Positions 39,495-51,588 of a stretch of DNA of 64,000 bases are shown piece by piece. The DNA comes from Eledone cirrhosa (Eukaryota), in NCBI GenBank assembly GCA_964016885.1, contig OZ024740.1, positions 69,192,001 through 69,256,000 on the forward strand, given 5' to 3'. A program made the translations under genes and the position numbers. Position 1 is the stretch's first letter. Each line of letters begins with the position of its first letter. The notes below the pieces were generated by a model. The model worked only from the letters and a program-made list of their open reading frames with translations, was not told the DNA's origin and did not search any database.

Positions 39495-42249
39495 CTTTAT
39501 ATATTCTACAATGTATTGAATTCCTTACTTTATAAAAAGTCGAAACCCGATGGCTGATCTCTTAACGTTTCATCAACTCGTTTCAGACTCAGCTTTGGGA
39601 CAGCGATTAAAAATTCCACTCCCAAATTTTATAGTAGAGATTTTATCTAAGGTGGCGCACTATAGGATAGAACGTTGAACCACGTGGTTACAAATGTAAC
39701 ACCTAAGATAAACAATCGAATCAGCTCCTATGTTTATTTATCTAACATGGTATTTTATTAATTTTCCTATCTTTAAAGATGGCTTTGCGCATTTATTCAA
39801 ACCATATTTCATATTAATTCCTTTACTGAACCCTCTGTAACCTTGTATAGCCATTTATCATTTGCTGCGTACGACTATAGGTCAAACATATGCATAATAT
39901 GTTGTGTGCAAGTCCAGGTTGGTTTAACATGCTGATTAAAGGCGTTAAGGTCATGTTGAAAAGGAGCTGTGAGATTAAGGCTCCATGTAATATTTCACAA
40001 CTATTAGGAATGGGATTTATTTGTTGCTTTAAGTAAATTTCAAACAGAATTACAGTTACTAGGCGGTAAATTAGCAGACATGCTCGGGTGTCAGATTAAA
40101 TACAACCATAATTCTTTCGGACCTTTAGTTCTGAGATCCAACCCCACCAAAATTAAGTTTGCTTTCCGTCTCTCTGAGGTCGGGGGAATCAAATACCAGT
40201 TCAGGCAAGGGGGTGATGTGAATTGGCGGAAATGTTTGTAAACCAGTCTTCATTCTCTGCGATAGTTCCCCGGGCCGTTGCGGTCTGAGTTCTAATTCCT
40301 TCTATTAAGTATGTGTTATTTAAACATAGTTTCCTGAATCCGATCTAATAACCGGGCCTTTCCTTTCCTTTTACGATTGCTCATTGGGATTCATAATTCA
40401 TTTTATTTATTTTATTTAATACTTTTTGATTTAGGTAGTTGTCCCAACTTCGGTGAACATTAATGTGACTGAGATAATGTAACGTTTGACAAGTCATTCT
40501 ATAGGCTATTGTAGGTTTATCATTGTTAGCCGGATACCCAAGACACATTTACCATACCTATGTATAGCCTAGGGTGTAGGCCAACGTAAAGTATGGTTAT
40601 TTACACAAAGGCGTATAATACTGCCAGGTTCATGGATAAGAACGACATTAAGATCATGAGACCAACGCCCTGACCACTAGTCCTATCACCATTAGGCGTG
40701 TCCGCAAAGACATGTTAACCCCAACATGAAGAGTTATAAGAAATAGAATTCGATAGCGACTCAAGACTGGTAAATTGTTTATCGACATCGAAAATATGGC
40801 AAAGATGATGGTTGAAAGATTTTGAAGCAAAAGTGCACAGATCGGAAACATTCTACCCGACATACACGATGGATGATCGAAGTATTTCTCAGAGAAACGA
40901 ACATAAAAAATATATTACTGAAGATGGTGAGACTAAAGCCAGTGGTCAATGTCGTGAAGAGAAATGAAACGAAATAGTTTGAAAATGTGTTGCAGAAAGA
41001 CGAAAGAGACTACGGGAGACGAGTGGGGAAAATAAATGCGGAAGAAAGCCAAAGAACGGGAAGCATAGCAAAATATGATATAGGTGGAAATAGAAGTTAG
41101 TAAGAGGGAGGGGTATGCACACATAAGAGCAACATTGAAAGGCTTGTCAGGTAGCCTGCATGGTAACTCTTCGTTTAGTAATAAAGTAGACTTCAACGAT
41201 TGCTGGTGTTATGTTTTTCACTAAAAACTCTGCGAAATTGACGTATCAAATTATGTAATATGAAACTATATTACATAATGAAATCGTACCTCGTGTTGTA
41301 GTCGACAGACTAGTATTGACATAAAACGTGCTTTGGGCATTTTACATCGTGCTGAGCCCATCGCATCCTTATGTTTGAACTAAGACAATTTCAACCTCAA
41401 TACTCTCGAATTGTCGTTTGTGAAATTGTTCGTGAAATTGTTAGCGAAATTCTCAACAATTTGGATTTCTTTCCACACGATTAGACAGGGAGGTTAGCAT
41501 AAAAAGCTAATGACTTTCTCCAGTCTAGAGCATCTTCGGGCATGAGATTACCCCGGCTCACCGACTGAGAATACAAAACATATTCATGAACGGGACACCA
41601 GTAGGGCACAAGGTTAACACAAGACTGCTTCTGCTAAACATTTACAGCCGAGTAGGATGGTAGAAATGAAATTCATTTCTCGAAAATTCAATCTTTATTT
41701 TAGTCCCGGGATTGATATCATGGTCCTTTAACCATCGCATTTAATTCACGCTATTCTCAGAAATACTATGGTCGTCTTTTAAATCGCCCGCGGTTCTAAT
41801 GAGATTCTATCCGCATTCAAATCACATTCTACCATCTTACGAAACAAAATGATAATTTGAATAATGATGTCATGGATATCCGAAAATATGGAATTGCCTT
41901 AGTCAGAATGTAATTCATTTGTTGGATCAAGGCTAGCCTAGGCTAAGCAGCTACATGTTTTGGTTATAGGTTAAAGGCAGCAAAGTGGAAAAGGCCGTTA
42001 GATCGTCGTATCAAATGCCACTGTATTTGATCCAGTTCCCCGCTATCTGCCGAAATGAATCTTGCTTTCAAAAATACCTGTCCAGGAATGGTGGATTAAC
42101 GAAAGTGTGAAAGTGGTAAACGGATCTGTGCGTTCTGATTTCAAATCCTGCCGCTTCCATCTAAGAGTTGATCGTCAGATAGTATCACCAATGTAAAAAA
42201 CAATAGAAATAGAGGAAGAATGTTTGGAACCCGGCGAGCGAAATTTAAA

Positions 42250-42460
42250 ATTGAAATAGAAATAGAAGCTTTGTTATAACACCTCCGACTGTAATATAAT
42301 CTAATAATGGGGCGTATAAAACCACCGAAAGGAAAAAGTTGGCATCAGCACAAATGGGATTCGAAGCAATACCTGTGTCCCGCCGGAGGAGTACGCCATC
42401 ATTATTAGACTATATTATTTTCGGACGTTTTATGGCGAAGCTTCTATTTCTCTTTCAATA
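42250..42460. mobile_element. MITE-like element with ~70 bp imperfect TIRs
   Basis: ttgaaatagaaatagaagcttt..taataatgg vs cattattag..aagcttctatttctctttcaa. Confidence 0.65.
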
Positions 42461-43084
42461 GAAATATAATTTGCTTTTTCTCATCTGATGATTAGTTCCT
42501 TTACTTTGTAATTATGTCAAGTAAAATGTATATTTATTTAAGCATGTGTAATGAACTTTTCTATATATTTCTAATTTGAAATGAATTCTGTGTAGCCTAG
42601 ACATATTTGTATTCAATTATAACTAAATTAATTAAAATAGTATTAGAAAGGCATTAACGTCATATGTGGCTCCAGCGTGCCCAAGCAGTTCAGAAGTTCG
42701 CTCTGCGAATTTAAGGTCCCGGTTTCAGTTCTAGTGCCTGGTATCTTGAACAAGTGTCGTTTACAAGTGTCTTGGGTTGATACAAGAATTGCAAGGGAAG
42801 CTGAATAGATGAAAAACGTTTCAAATCTCAAAGGATGGACTATAACTGTAATTCAAAGGGCCGGCCTTACCAAGAATACACATATCCGTGGAATTCACGG
42901 CTATTCCGTTGATCATAAAATTGGAACATTTGTAGTGGATATCGACGGAAGTCCATTCTAGTACTATAAATATATATCAGGTTTCATACCTCAGTGAGAA
43001 TAATTATTTCTGCAATATTTCTCTGAACTGAAAGTTGTTTGCTGACAAGAAATTTTTCTCGGTAAATAATTATTTACCAAGAAC

Positions 43085-43761
43085 ATTTTTTGTTAAGTCC
43101 TCCTATATTTTATTCTTATTTATTATTTAATTATTTATTTTCTGCAGGTGAAAGCCAATAATTTCATTTGTGAAAGGTTGATTACGCTTGAAACTCGCAA
43201 ATCCGTCATAATGTCAAATATAATATGGAGTGAAGATTGCACAAAATTAAAGCATACAAATTTACTTAGACACTGTAAGGGAGCTTCCATAATTTTAAAG
43301 AAATAAGGTTTGTTAATAGTATTACTGGTTCAATGATATTATCACGTCGTTAACTTCATAGTAGCGAATATAAAAAATAAAAATGTCATACTTATAACTA
43401 TAATTACATTTAAATTAACTAATTATAATTAGTTAATTTAAATGTAATTATAGTTTTAAGTATGACATTTTTATTTTTTATATTAGCTACTATGAAGTTA
43501 ACGACGTGATAATATCATTGAACCAGTAATACTATTAACAAACCTTATTTCTTTAAAATTATGGAAGCTTCCTTAAAATGTCTAAGTAAATTTGTATGCT
43601 TTAATTTTGTGCATCCTTCACTCCTTATTTGACATTATGACGCATTTGCGTGTGTCAAGCTTAACCAACCTTTCACAAATGAAATTATTGGCTTTCACCT
43701 GCAGAAAATAAATAATTAAATAATAAATAAGAATAAAATGTAGGAGAACTTAACAAAAAAT
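43085..43761. repeat. Spacer-less palindrome with ~340 bp arms
   Basis: Centre aattataatt at 43421-43430; arms align in reverse complement out to atttttttgttaag / cttaacaaaaaat. Confidence 0.93.
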
Positions 43762-44427
43762 ATCAATTGTTATAAAATTCGATGAAATTGAAGTTTTGAC
43801 ATCTAAAGAAATAGAATTGAATTTCAAACGAAGTATTCCCCTTCAAAATTAATGATTGCCTAAATAAAAGGAAGTGTTTTGAACATAAAAAAAGACAAAA
43901 GAAAATATCAAAATAATAAATAAAAGTTACACTATGGAATCAATTATAAAATGATGCTTTTGAAGAAATGAAAATTAAAGTACAAAGAAATATTTGTTGG
44001 GGATGGTTATTCGGATGACTATAACGATGATGCTGGAAATAACACAGACAGCCGTTGAGCATTTTAAGTCTTCTCTGTACATCGACGACTGAATTCATTA
44101 CTTCTAAAAGGCTAAATTGCTTAAAGACTAAAAGTGAGGTGATATATCCATGGAAGCAAGCGTACGTTCCAGCCTGAATTGCCTCGGAGATTCAATTTCC
44201 TTTTACCTGCCATACATACGTTTCTTTTTCAGCTGTAGATTACGATTTTATTTTATTTTCATAGTGTTGAAGTGGAGTTACATCTTTATAAATATTAACC
44301 AATATTTATCAAGCGTGCACAGATTTAGTGTTAAACCTGGATAATGTTAAATATATACCTCGAAACTAGATCATGGGCTCAGGCCGAGATGTAAAATGTA
44401 GACCATGAAATCTGGTGAAAGGCCCAT

Positions 44428-44762
<335 letters not shown>

Positions 44763-44786
44763 ATATATATATATATATATAAATAT

Positions 44787-45757
44787 ACTAGCATTAAAGC
44801 CCGGCGTTGCTCGGGGTCAGTAAGTTACCAAAGTTAGGTTGCACCACCCATTTTATGGCACCACTTTTTTGTCTGCCAGGCACTGGGTGAATGAATTGCA
44901 GACCTGGACTGCCGAAGCAGGAGCTGCGTCAGCAGTGACAATTGTAGTTTCGCCTATGGATATTATCTCTGTGCAAAGAAGTGTTGAAATTTATTGCTTC
45001 ACAGTACTTGCGCAACACGCGCGTAGACGATGCCAGCCGAACAACAGAGCTGCGATGGAGTTGTTCTGCATGGTCGTCTAATGTGTGTTTTCTAAATTTA
45101 GGACAGTAGGGGGGTGTGTGATATGGGGGAGGATTAGCTGCTGTTTCTAGCAGGTTTAGTGACCTCATAAAGGATATGATTTCTAAATTTAAGACAGTAG
45201 GGAGTGGTGTGATATGGGGGAGAGTTAGCTGCTGTTTCTAGCAGGTTTAGTGACCACATAGAGGATATTATTGTGTATAGTAAATGAACTGATACTTTTT
45301 CTTCCACGTTCGTTGATAGATGTTTTAAAAAAGATTTATCGCTATTTTTTTTTTTTTGTTGAATAAATTTATCTGATGCTTTTGAATAATTGTTGTTTCG
45401 TATGAAATGTAATAAGTTCTCTTTGTCATTGAAGTATGACCACACTCAAAAACAAACGTTCTCTCTCTCTCTCTTTCCCTCTCACTCTCTCTCTCTCTCT
45501 TTCTTAAAGTTTAAGTGGAGTAGAGAGAGAAATATGATTGCATTAGAGGGGTATTTAATTTTATCGATTATTTCCGTAATTGTGGGTTGGGTGAGTGTAA
45601 ATGAAATAAATAGTCGTTGAGTTAAGTTACACCATTTACAACAATATTACAGAGATTGTGTCGAATCGTGTTTGAAAATGTGCAAATGTATAAACATGGA
45701 ACATGCACACACACACATACACATAACAACAACAATCTGCCTTTTATAGATAATGAT
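44787..45757 (+). mobile_element. Helentron/HINE-like non-autonomous element
   Basis: Begins actagcattaaagcccggcgttgctcggg (hairpin), ends aatctgccttttatagataatgat after a (CA) tract; internal ~80 bp tandem duplication at 45089-45167 and 45180-45257. Confidence 0.5.
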
Positions 45758-45775
45758 GTATATATATATATATAT

Positions 45776-45979
45776 ATATTGTTATGCTTTGGGAGGGTCA
45801 TGTTGCCAATACGAAACACACGCACCAGATGCTTTCACTCCAATTTATAGTAAATTGGAGTGAAAGCAGCTGGTGCATGTGTTTCTTATTGGCAACATGA
45901 CCCTCCCAAAGCATAACAATATCGGTTTCAACACACCTTTGCAGATAAAGAATCTTGCTAAACAAATTCAGAAACGAAA
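45776..45979. mobile_element. Small asymmetric fold-back element in (TA)n
   Basis: 72 bp arms 45776-45847 / 45851-45922, 3 bp loop, extra tail 45923-45979. Confidence 0.75.
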
Positions 45980-46045
45980 TATATATATATATATAAAGGA
46001 AATGAATAGAGGAGTTTAAAACCGTTAGAACATATTTATATAACA

Positions 46046-46089
46046 GTGAGCCTACGTACGTTTCGCCCGGAATGGGTTTATCAAGGGCA
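46046..46089 (-). ncRNA. Minimal hammerhead, U3-A8 variant (left arm)
   Basis: Reverse-complement copy of 48385-48427 with identical core. Confidence 0.65.
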
Positions 46090-47373
46090 TGGAAAACAAA
46101 ACAATGATCAATATAGGATCCAGGAAGGATTTCACGGGTAAATTAACATCATAGTTCATTCTTCCCCTCTGTGCATGTGTTGTTATTATCGCAGAGCAAG
46201 GGGAATAATTCTGGCCGGTGTTCAAATAATCCATTCCCATTTAGATTTTTATACCTGTTCATATGCTCGTGTTTAGCATCTTTATATTATGTGTGTTGTT
46301 TCACTAGTGCCAGTATAGGTCGGGTCTGGGGTGTACATTTATTATTTAGTGGATGTTGCTTCACTAATGCTTGTTCGAGCATGGTCTGTGATGTACATTT
46401 GATTCACAGATGTTTGTTCATACCGCCTGCCCACCGGGATGTTATGGTTTGAGCAGGGGGACCCAGTTCGTAGTTTTTATGCCGCACTCGCTTACCAGGC
46501 AAAATACGACGCCTGCACCCTGTGTTTACAATTTATGACTGATTCTGCTCGGCTGTTTATGAGCTCGTGGTGTGTTCTTATGATGTAGTACAGCTACGAG
46601 CCAGAGATGGCATTTTCCCCTGAAATTTTAGGGTGCAGCGCTATCGACAATATCCCAGTGTGTGGAGAAGCTTATGTTGGCGTCTTGTAATGTGGTGACG
46701 TAGTTGGCAAGCGATGTGGCGTACCTTAGTTTTTTGTTCCTGAAAGAGCGGAGATGCGTTCTAAATCTCGTTTTAAACTGGCCAGAGGTGGCCACTATAT
46801 ATTGTTTAAATCTGATATGGCTAGTTACGGTGCACCTATAAATAACATTATCAGTCAGGCAGTTTCCCCCGAGAGGGCAGCCTCCCCTGTTACGAAAGTT
46901 GCATTTTCCGTCAAGGTCGCTCCTAATTCTTGAAGTAAAGCTATTACTATTGCTACCTATGTTATTATCTATGTCTCTAACTCGGTCATTGGGACTCTTA
47001 TCTTTCGAGGCGGCGGTGTTGTACCATTATCACTCCGCACGCCGCAGCCCATTCTGTTGCCGGTCGGTGACCCGTGTGGGTCACAGGTATATTCTCCAAT
47101 CACGCCCTGGTTACGAGGGTTTCGTCGGCCGGGGCTGCCACGAACCCTATTTGGTGCTGTTAGGGTGATGTTAAGGTTATTAGTGTTGTTGTCAGGTCTA
47201 GATGTATCTGTGCTATGGTGTAGTGTTTTGTTGATCTTACTTGATATTTTGTTGATCTTAGGACAGATACATCTAGACCTGACAACAACACTAATAACCT
47301 TAAAATCCCCCTACAGCACCAAATAGTGTTGGTGGCAGCCTCGGCAGACGAAACCCACGTAACCAGGGCGTGA

Positions 47374-47997
47374 TTGGAGAATACACCGGTGACCCACACG
47401 CGTCACCCACCGGCAACAGAATGGCTGCGGCGTCGGAGTGATAATGGTACAACACCGCACACCTCCAGAGATAACAGTACCAATGGCCGTGTTAGAGACA
47501 TACATAATAACATAGGTAGCAATAGTAATAGCTTTACATCAAGAAGTAGGAGCGACCGTGACGGAAAATGCAACTGTCGTGACAGGGGAGGCTGCCCTCT
47601 CGGGGGAAACTGCCTGACTGATAAGGTTATTTATAGGCGCACCGTAACTTGCCATATCAGATTTAAACAATATATAGGGGCCACCTCTGGCCAGTTTAAA
47701 ACGAGATTTAGAACGCATCTCCACTCTTTCAAGAACAAAAAACTAAGGCACTCCACATCGCTTGCCAACTACGTCACCACATTACAAGACGCCAACATAA
47801 GCTTCTCCACACACTGGGATTTTGTCGGTAGGGCTGCACCCTACAACTTCAGGGGGAAATGCCAGCTCTGCCTCATGGAGCTGTACTACATCATAAGGAC
47901 ACCCCACGAGCTCATAAACAGCCGAGCAGAATCAGTCATAAATTGTAAACACCGGGTGCAGGCGTCGTATTTCGCCTGGGAAGCGACTGCGACATGA
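47374..47997 (+). CDS. GIY-YIG endonuclease C-terminal fragment of Penelope-like element (5'-truncated, no RT)
   Basis: CNCRDRGGCPLGGNC..VIY..YIGAT..FKTRF..H..SF..TSLA..CQLC..E..IN.R.E..CKH; homologous to the C-terminus of 51715-53658. Confidence 0.88.
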   Translation: MENTPVTHTRHPPATEWLRRRSDNGTTPHTSRDNSTNGRVRDIHNNIGSNSNSFTSRSRSDRDGKCNCRDRGGCPLGGNCLTDKVIYRRTVTCHIRFKQYIGATSGQFKTRFRTHLHSFKNKKLRHSTSLANYVTTLQDANISFSTHWDFVGRAAPYNFRGKCQLCLMELYYIIRTPHELINSRAESVINCKHRVQASYFAWEATAT

Positions 47998-48384
47998 AAA
48001 CTACGAACTGGGTCCCCCTGCCCTAACGATAACACCCCGGTGGGCAGGCGGTATAAACAAACATCTGTGAACCAAATGTACATCGCAGACCATGCTCGAA
48101 CAAGCATTAGTGAAGCAACATCCACTAAATAATAAATGTACACCCCAGACCCGAACTGCACTGGCACTAGTGAAACAACACACATAATATAAAGATGCTA
48201 AACACCAGCATATGAACAGGTATAAAAATCTAAATGGGAATGGATTGTTTGAACACCGGCCAGAGTTACTCCTCCTAGTCTGCGATAATAACAAAACATG
48301 CACAGAGGGGAAGAATGAACTATGATGTTAATTTACCCGTGAAATCCCTCCAGGGTCCTATATTGATCATTGTTTTGTTTTCCA

Positions 48385-48427
48385 TGCCCTTGATAAACCC
48401 ATTCCGGGCGAAACGTACGTAGGCGCA
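48385..48427 (+). ncRNA. Minimal hammerhead, U3-A8 variant
   Basis: tgccc-TTGATAA-a ccc attcc ggg c-GAAA-CGTACG-TA^ggcgca; palindromic stem III; stem I has one bulge. Confidence 0.72.
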
Positions 48428-48638
48428 CTGTTATATAAACATGTTCTAACGGTTTTAAACTCCTTGTATTCATTTCCTTTATAATCGCTCTGCTTATTTT
48501 TTCTCGCCCACTAAATATTGACGCCTCTAATATTTAACCCTGTAGGCACCAGTATTGAGCACATATGCATAAACTATTGGCAACTAAATATATGTATCGC
48601 TCATCTTTCCATTTTCTTCTCTCTCTCGATACTTAATC

Positions 48639-48724
<86 letters not shown>

Positions 48725-49142
48725 TATCGAATGTAACACACTAGTTGATATATATAAAGACAAATAGTAGAAAGGAAAAATATTGTTTCAGTAGAAAATG
48801 TTGAAGAAGTTTTCATAGATCATATCAACATCCTTACACACTTAAATATAAATGTATCTATATATACAAATGTATAAATGCATAGCTATATACATACGTA
48901 AATGTATGTATATATGTATGTATGTATGTATGTATGTAGATTTGATAGATCGAAACTAAAAGAAGCCCGTCGTATATATGTATATATGTCTGTGTGTGTC
49001 TTTGCGTTCGTGTTTTCCCTCCCACCAATGCTTGTTGTTTTGTTGACGTCCCCATATTTTACCAAGGTAGTGCTCTAGCATGGGCGTAGTCCAGAGACAG
49101 AAAAAAAGTAAAATATATATGTATGTGTGTGTGAGTGTAGAA

Positions 49143-49546
49143 GAGAGGTCTCAAACTCAAGGACACAAACGGGCTATTACGTCCTACAGGAAAGGCACAG
49201 TGGGCCAAACGTGGTGTGGGTGAAGATTTTCACCAGTTATAATCATTTCTACTATAGGAACAAGGCATGAAATTTGGGGTTTAGGGTTCAGTCGATCGCA
49301 TCGATCCTAGTACACAACTGGTACTTAATTCATCAACCCCAAAAGGATATAAGGCAAAGTTGAGATCGGCGGAATTTGAACTCAGAACGTAAAAACTGAA
49401 GAAGTACCGTTAAGCATTTCGCCAGATATGCTAACTATTCTACCATCTCGCCGCCTTATTTTCACTAGTTATAATGCGATATGAAATATTGGTTCTACAA
49501 CGGGCCACAGATAAGTAGTTCCCGGGCCGCATGTGTGAGCCCCCTG
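49143..49546. mobile_element. hAT/Charlie-like MITE with nested SINE
   Basis: Ends gaggtctcaaactc and gggccgcatgtgtgagcccctg; older SINE subfamily on minus at ~49240-49456. Confidence 0.6.
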
Positions 49547-49638
49547 TTGGAGATGAATAGATAGATAGATAGATAGACGTGTACCAAACACACACACGTT
49601 TCTTACTCTCTCTGTCCCTCCCTCTTTCTCTCTTCATT

Positions 49639-49670
<32 letters not shown>

Positions 49671-50588
49671 GAGCGTTGTTATTTGGCGTTGTTGAAGAGC
49701 TGTGGCCTTTGACCTGGCAATAAAGAACTGTAGACAAAATTCCTTCTGTACCAAGGCACACACACACACAAGTTTGTGTGTGTCTATGCATATATATATG
49801 TTAGTGTGTATGTGTGTGTGTGTGGGGGGGGGCGTGTGTGTCTATCTATGTTTATATATAAGGGATAAAAATATTGCTTTCTCAGTCACCAAGCTTCTCA
49901 ATTCATTCCTTACTACTTATTTTGCTACGAGGTATATTATTTTGCAAGGTACTAGTTTTCCCCTGAGTTTGTGATTTCAGAGAAAGGTAAGAAATTCTTC
50001 ATATTTTGCATCTTTTGTATTTTGACTTTGCAGTTTCAATTGTCTTTCCACTCAAAATATTACAACAGCTAACAGTGAAATATAGAATTAAAAAAAAAAA
50101 AAGCTTTTTCGACTGAGATCAAATGTTTTTTTTTTATTTCAAAAATATATAATTTGAAATAGCTTGCTTTTGTTTTGGACTGAAACTTTTTTGTATTTAA
50201 TTCGTACGAGTATCTTTTAAAGAATCTAAGATAACTTGATTTGGCCCAGGAATCTACTGATATCAAAATCAGTAGTATATTGAAAAATGGAAAAATAGTG
50301 TAGGGAGGCGTTTCGTGAATTCGAGATTTGACCAAAATGGGTTGAGAACCTTTGCTGTAAATAAATTAATGCTTTGAAATTTCCCTAAAAAACCCTCTTC
50401 AACATGTTCTACTGAAAAAATATTTTTCCTTTCTACTATTTGATCATATATATATATATATATATATATCTTTGTATATATATATATATATATATAACGA
50501 AGGAAATGTGGTAAGGAACCAGGTGGACCATAACGCACCAAAGTACTCAATACTTGAGGTAGTAGAGTGGGTAATAGGAACCAGTAAG

Positions 50589-50682
50589 ACCCCGACAGCT
50601 GAGCTCAAGCCGTTTCGACGGCTAATTCTGGACTAAATGAAAATTTATCCTGGTATTTAAATAGCCGATCTTCTCAAGGGGT
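50589..50682 (-). ncRNA. Type I hammerhead ribozyme, U3-A8 variant (left pLTR)
   Basis: Reverse complement of 54767-54860. Confidence 0.87.
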
Positions 50683-51588
50683 AATTCCATATATGGTCAA
50701 AGTGATTGTCAAAAATCAGTAGTAATTCTGTGGTTGCAAATTAGTAGGGTAGTAGGGGAGATGGTGGCTAAACCTGCCAGTAGGAGAAAGAGGGGAGGGG
50801 GTGGAGTAGACCCAATCAAGCGTTGGTAGTGCCAGCTACAGCTGGGCATGAGGTCAAAGAAGATACAGGGGAGGGGGAGGGGGAGGAAGTCGGAACGGTA
50901 GGTAGAACAATGGGGGGTAGAAATAGGAAAAAAAAAAAAAAAAAAAAATACTGAGAGTGAAGAAAGGCAAATAAGTGTAAAGAAAAGTAAAGTAAATTAA
51001 ATTCTACGACCTAGGTGTCAGGCTATTGTTAGGCGAGAATAAAATAAAGAAAGAAAGAAAGAAGTAAAAAAATAAATAAATGAATAAATAAGGAAATAAG
51101 TAAGAGAACTAGGTGGGACGGATAAGGCAAGGACCCTTTTAAGAGGTATAAGTACGTAAATGATACGGTGACGGGTCAACAAAAGGGGCCAAAATACTAA
51201 AGAGACTACCACGAAATAAACAATAAAGGTTTCCATCCCGGGCCAGCAACGACCCAGTGCAGCAAAGTGAACTTGTACGAGATAATAATTCTGAGTCCCG
51301 AGAAAAATATATACTAATGCTAACTCTAAAAGATCTAAAACAAGCTACATGAAAGTTCGTACGAAATAAAGGTAGAATACGGAGAAATAAATTCAGAATC
51401 CACCCCGCCCAGAAGAAGAGCGAAGCAAGAAATACTGAAACGAAAAAATAAGGCATGTGCCACTAAGAAATATAGAGGGCACAGAGAATAGTGGGAGCGG
51501 TCGGAAAAAGGGGGAAAGTATCCGGGGTCTAAGCCAGCTGCTATAAAGGGCGGAGTCCGCCAAATCTATCAAAGACTAGGCTTATTAA

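Larger units (their letters stand above)
45995..48640. mobile_element. Second Naiad-type Penelope-like family: two 5'-truncated copies head-to-head
   Basis: Arms 45995-47211 (-) and 47263-48480 (+), each with GIY-YIG domain, 3' UTR and hammerhead; right arm has ~160 bp extra tail; (TA)n flanks. Confidence 0.92.
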
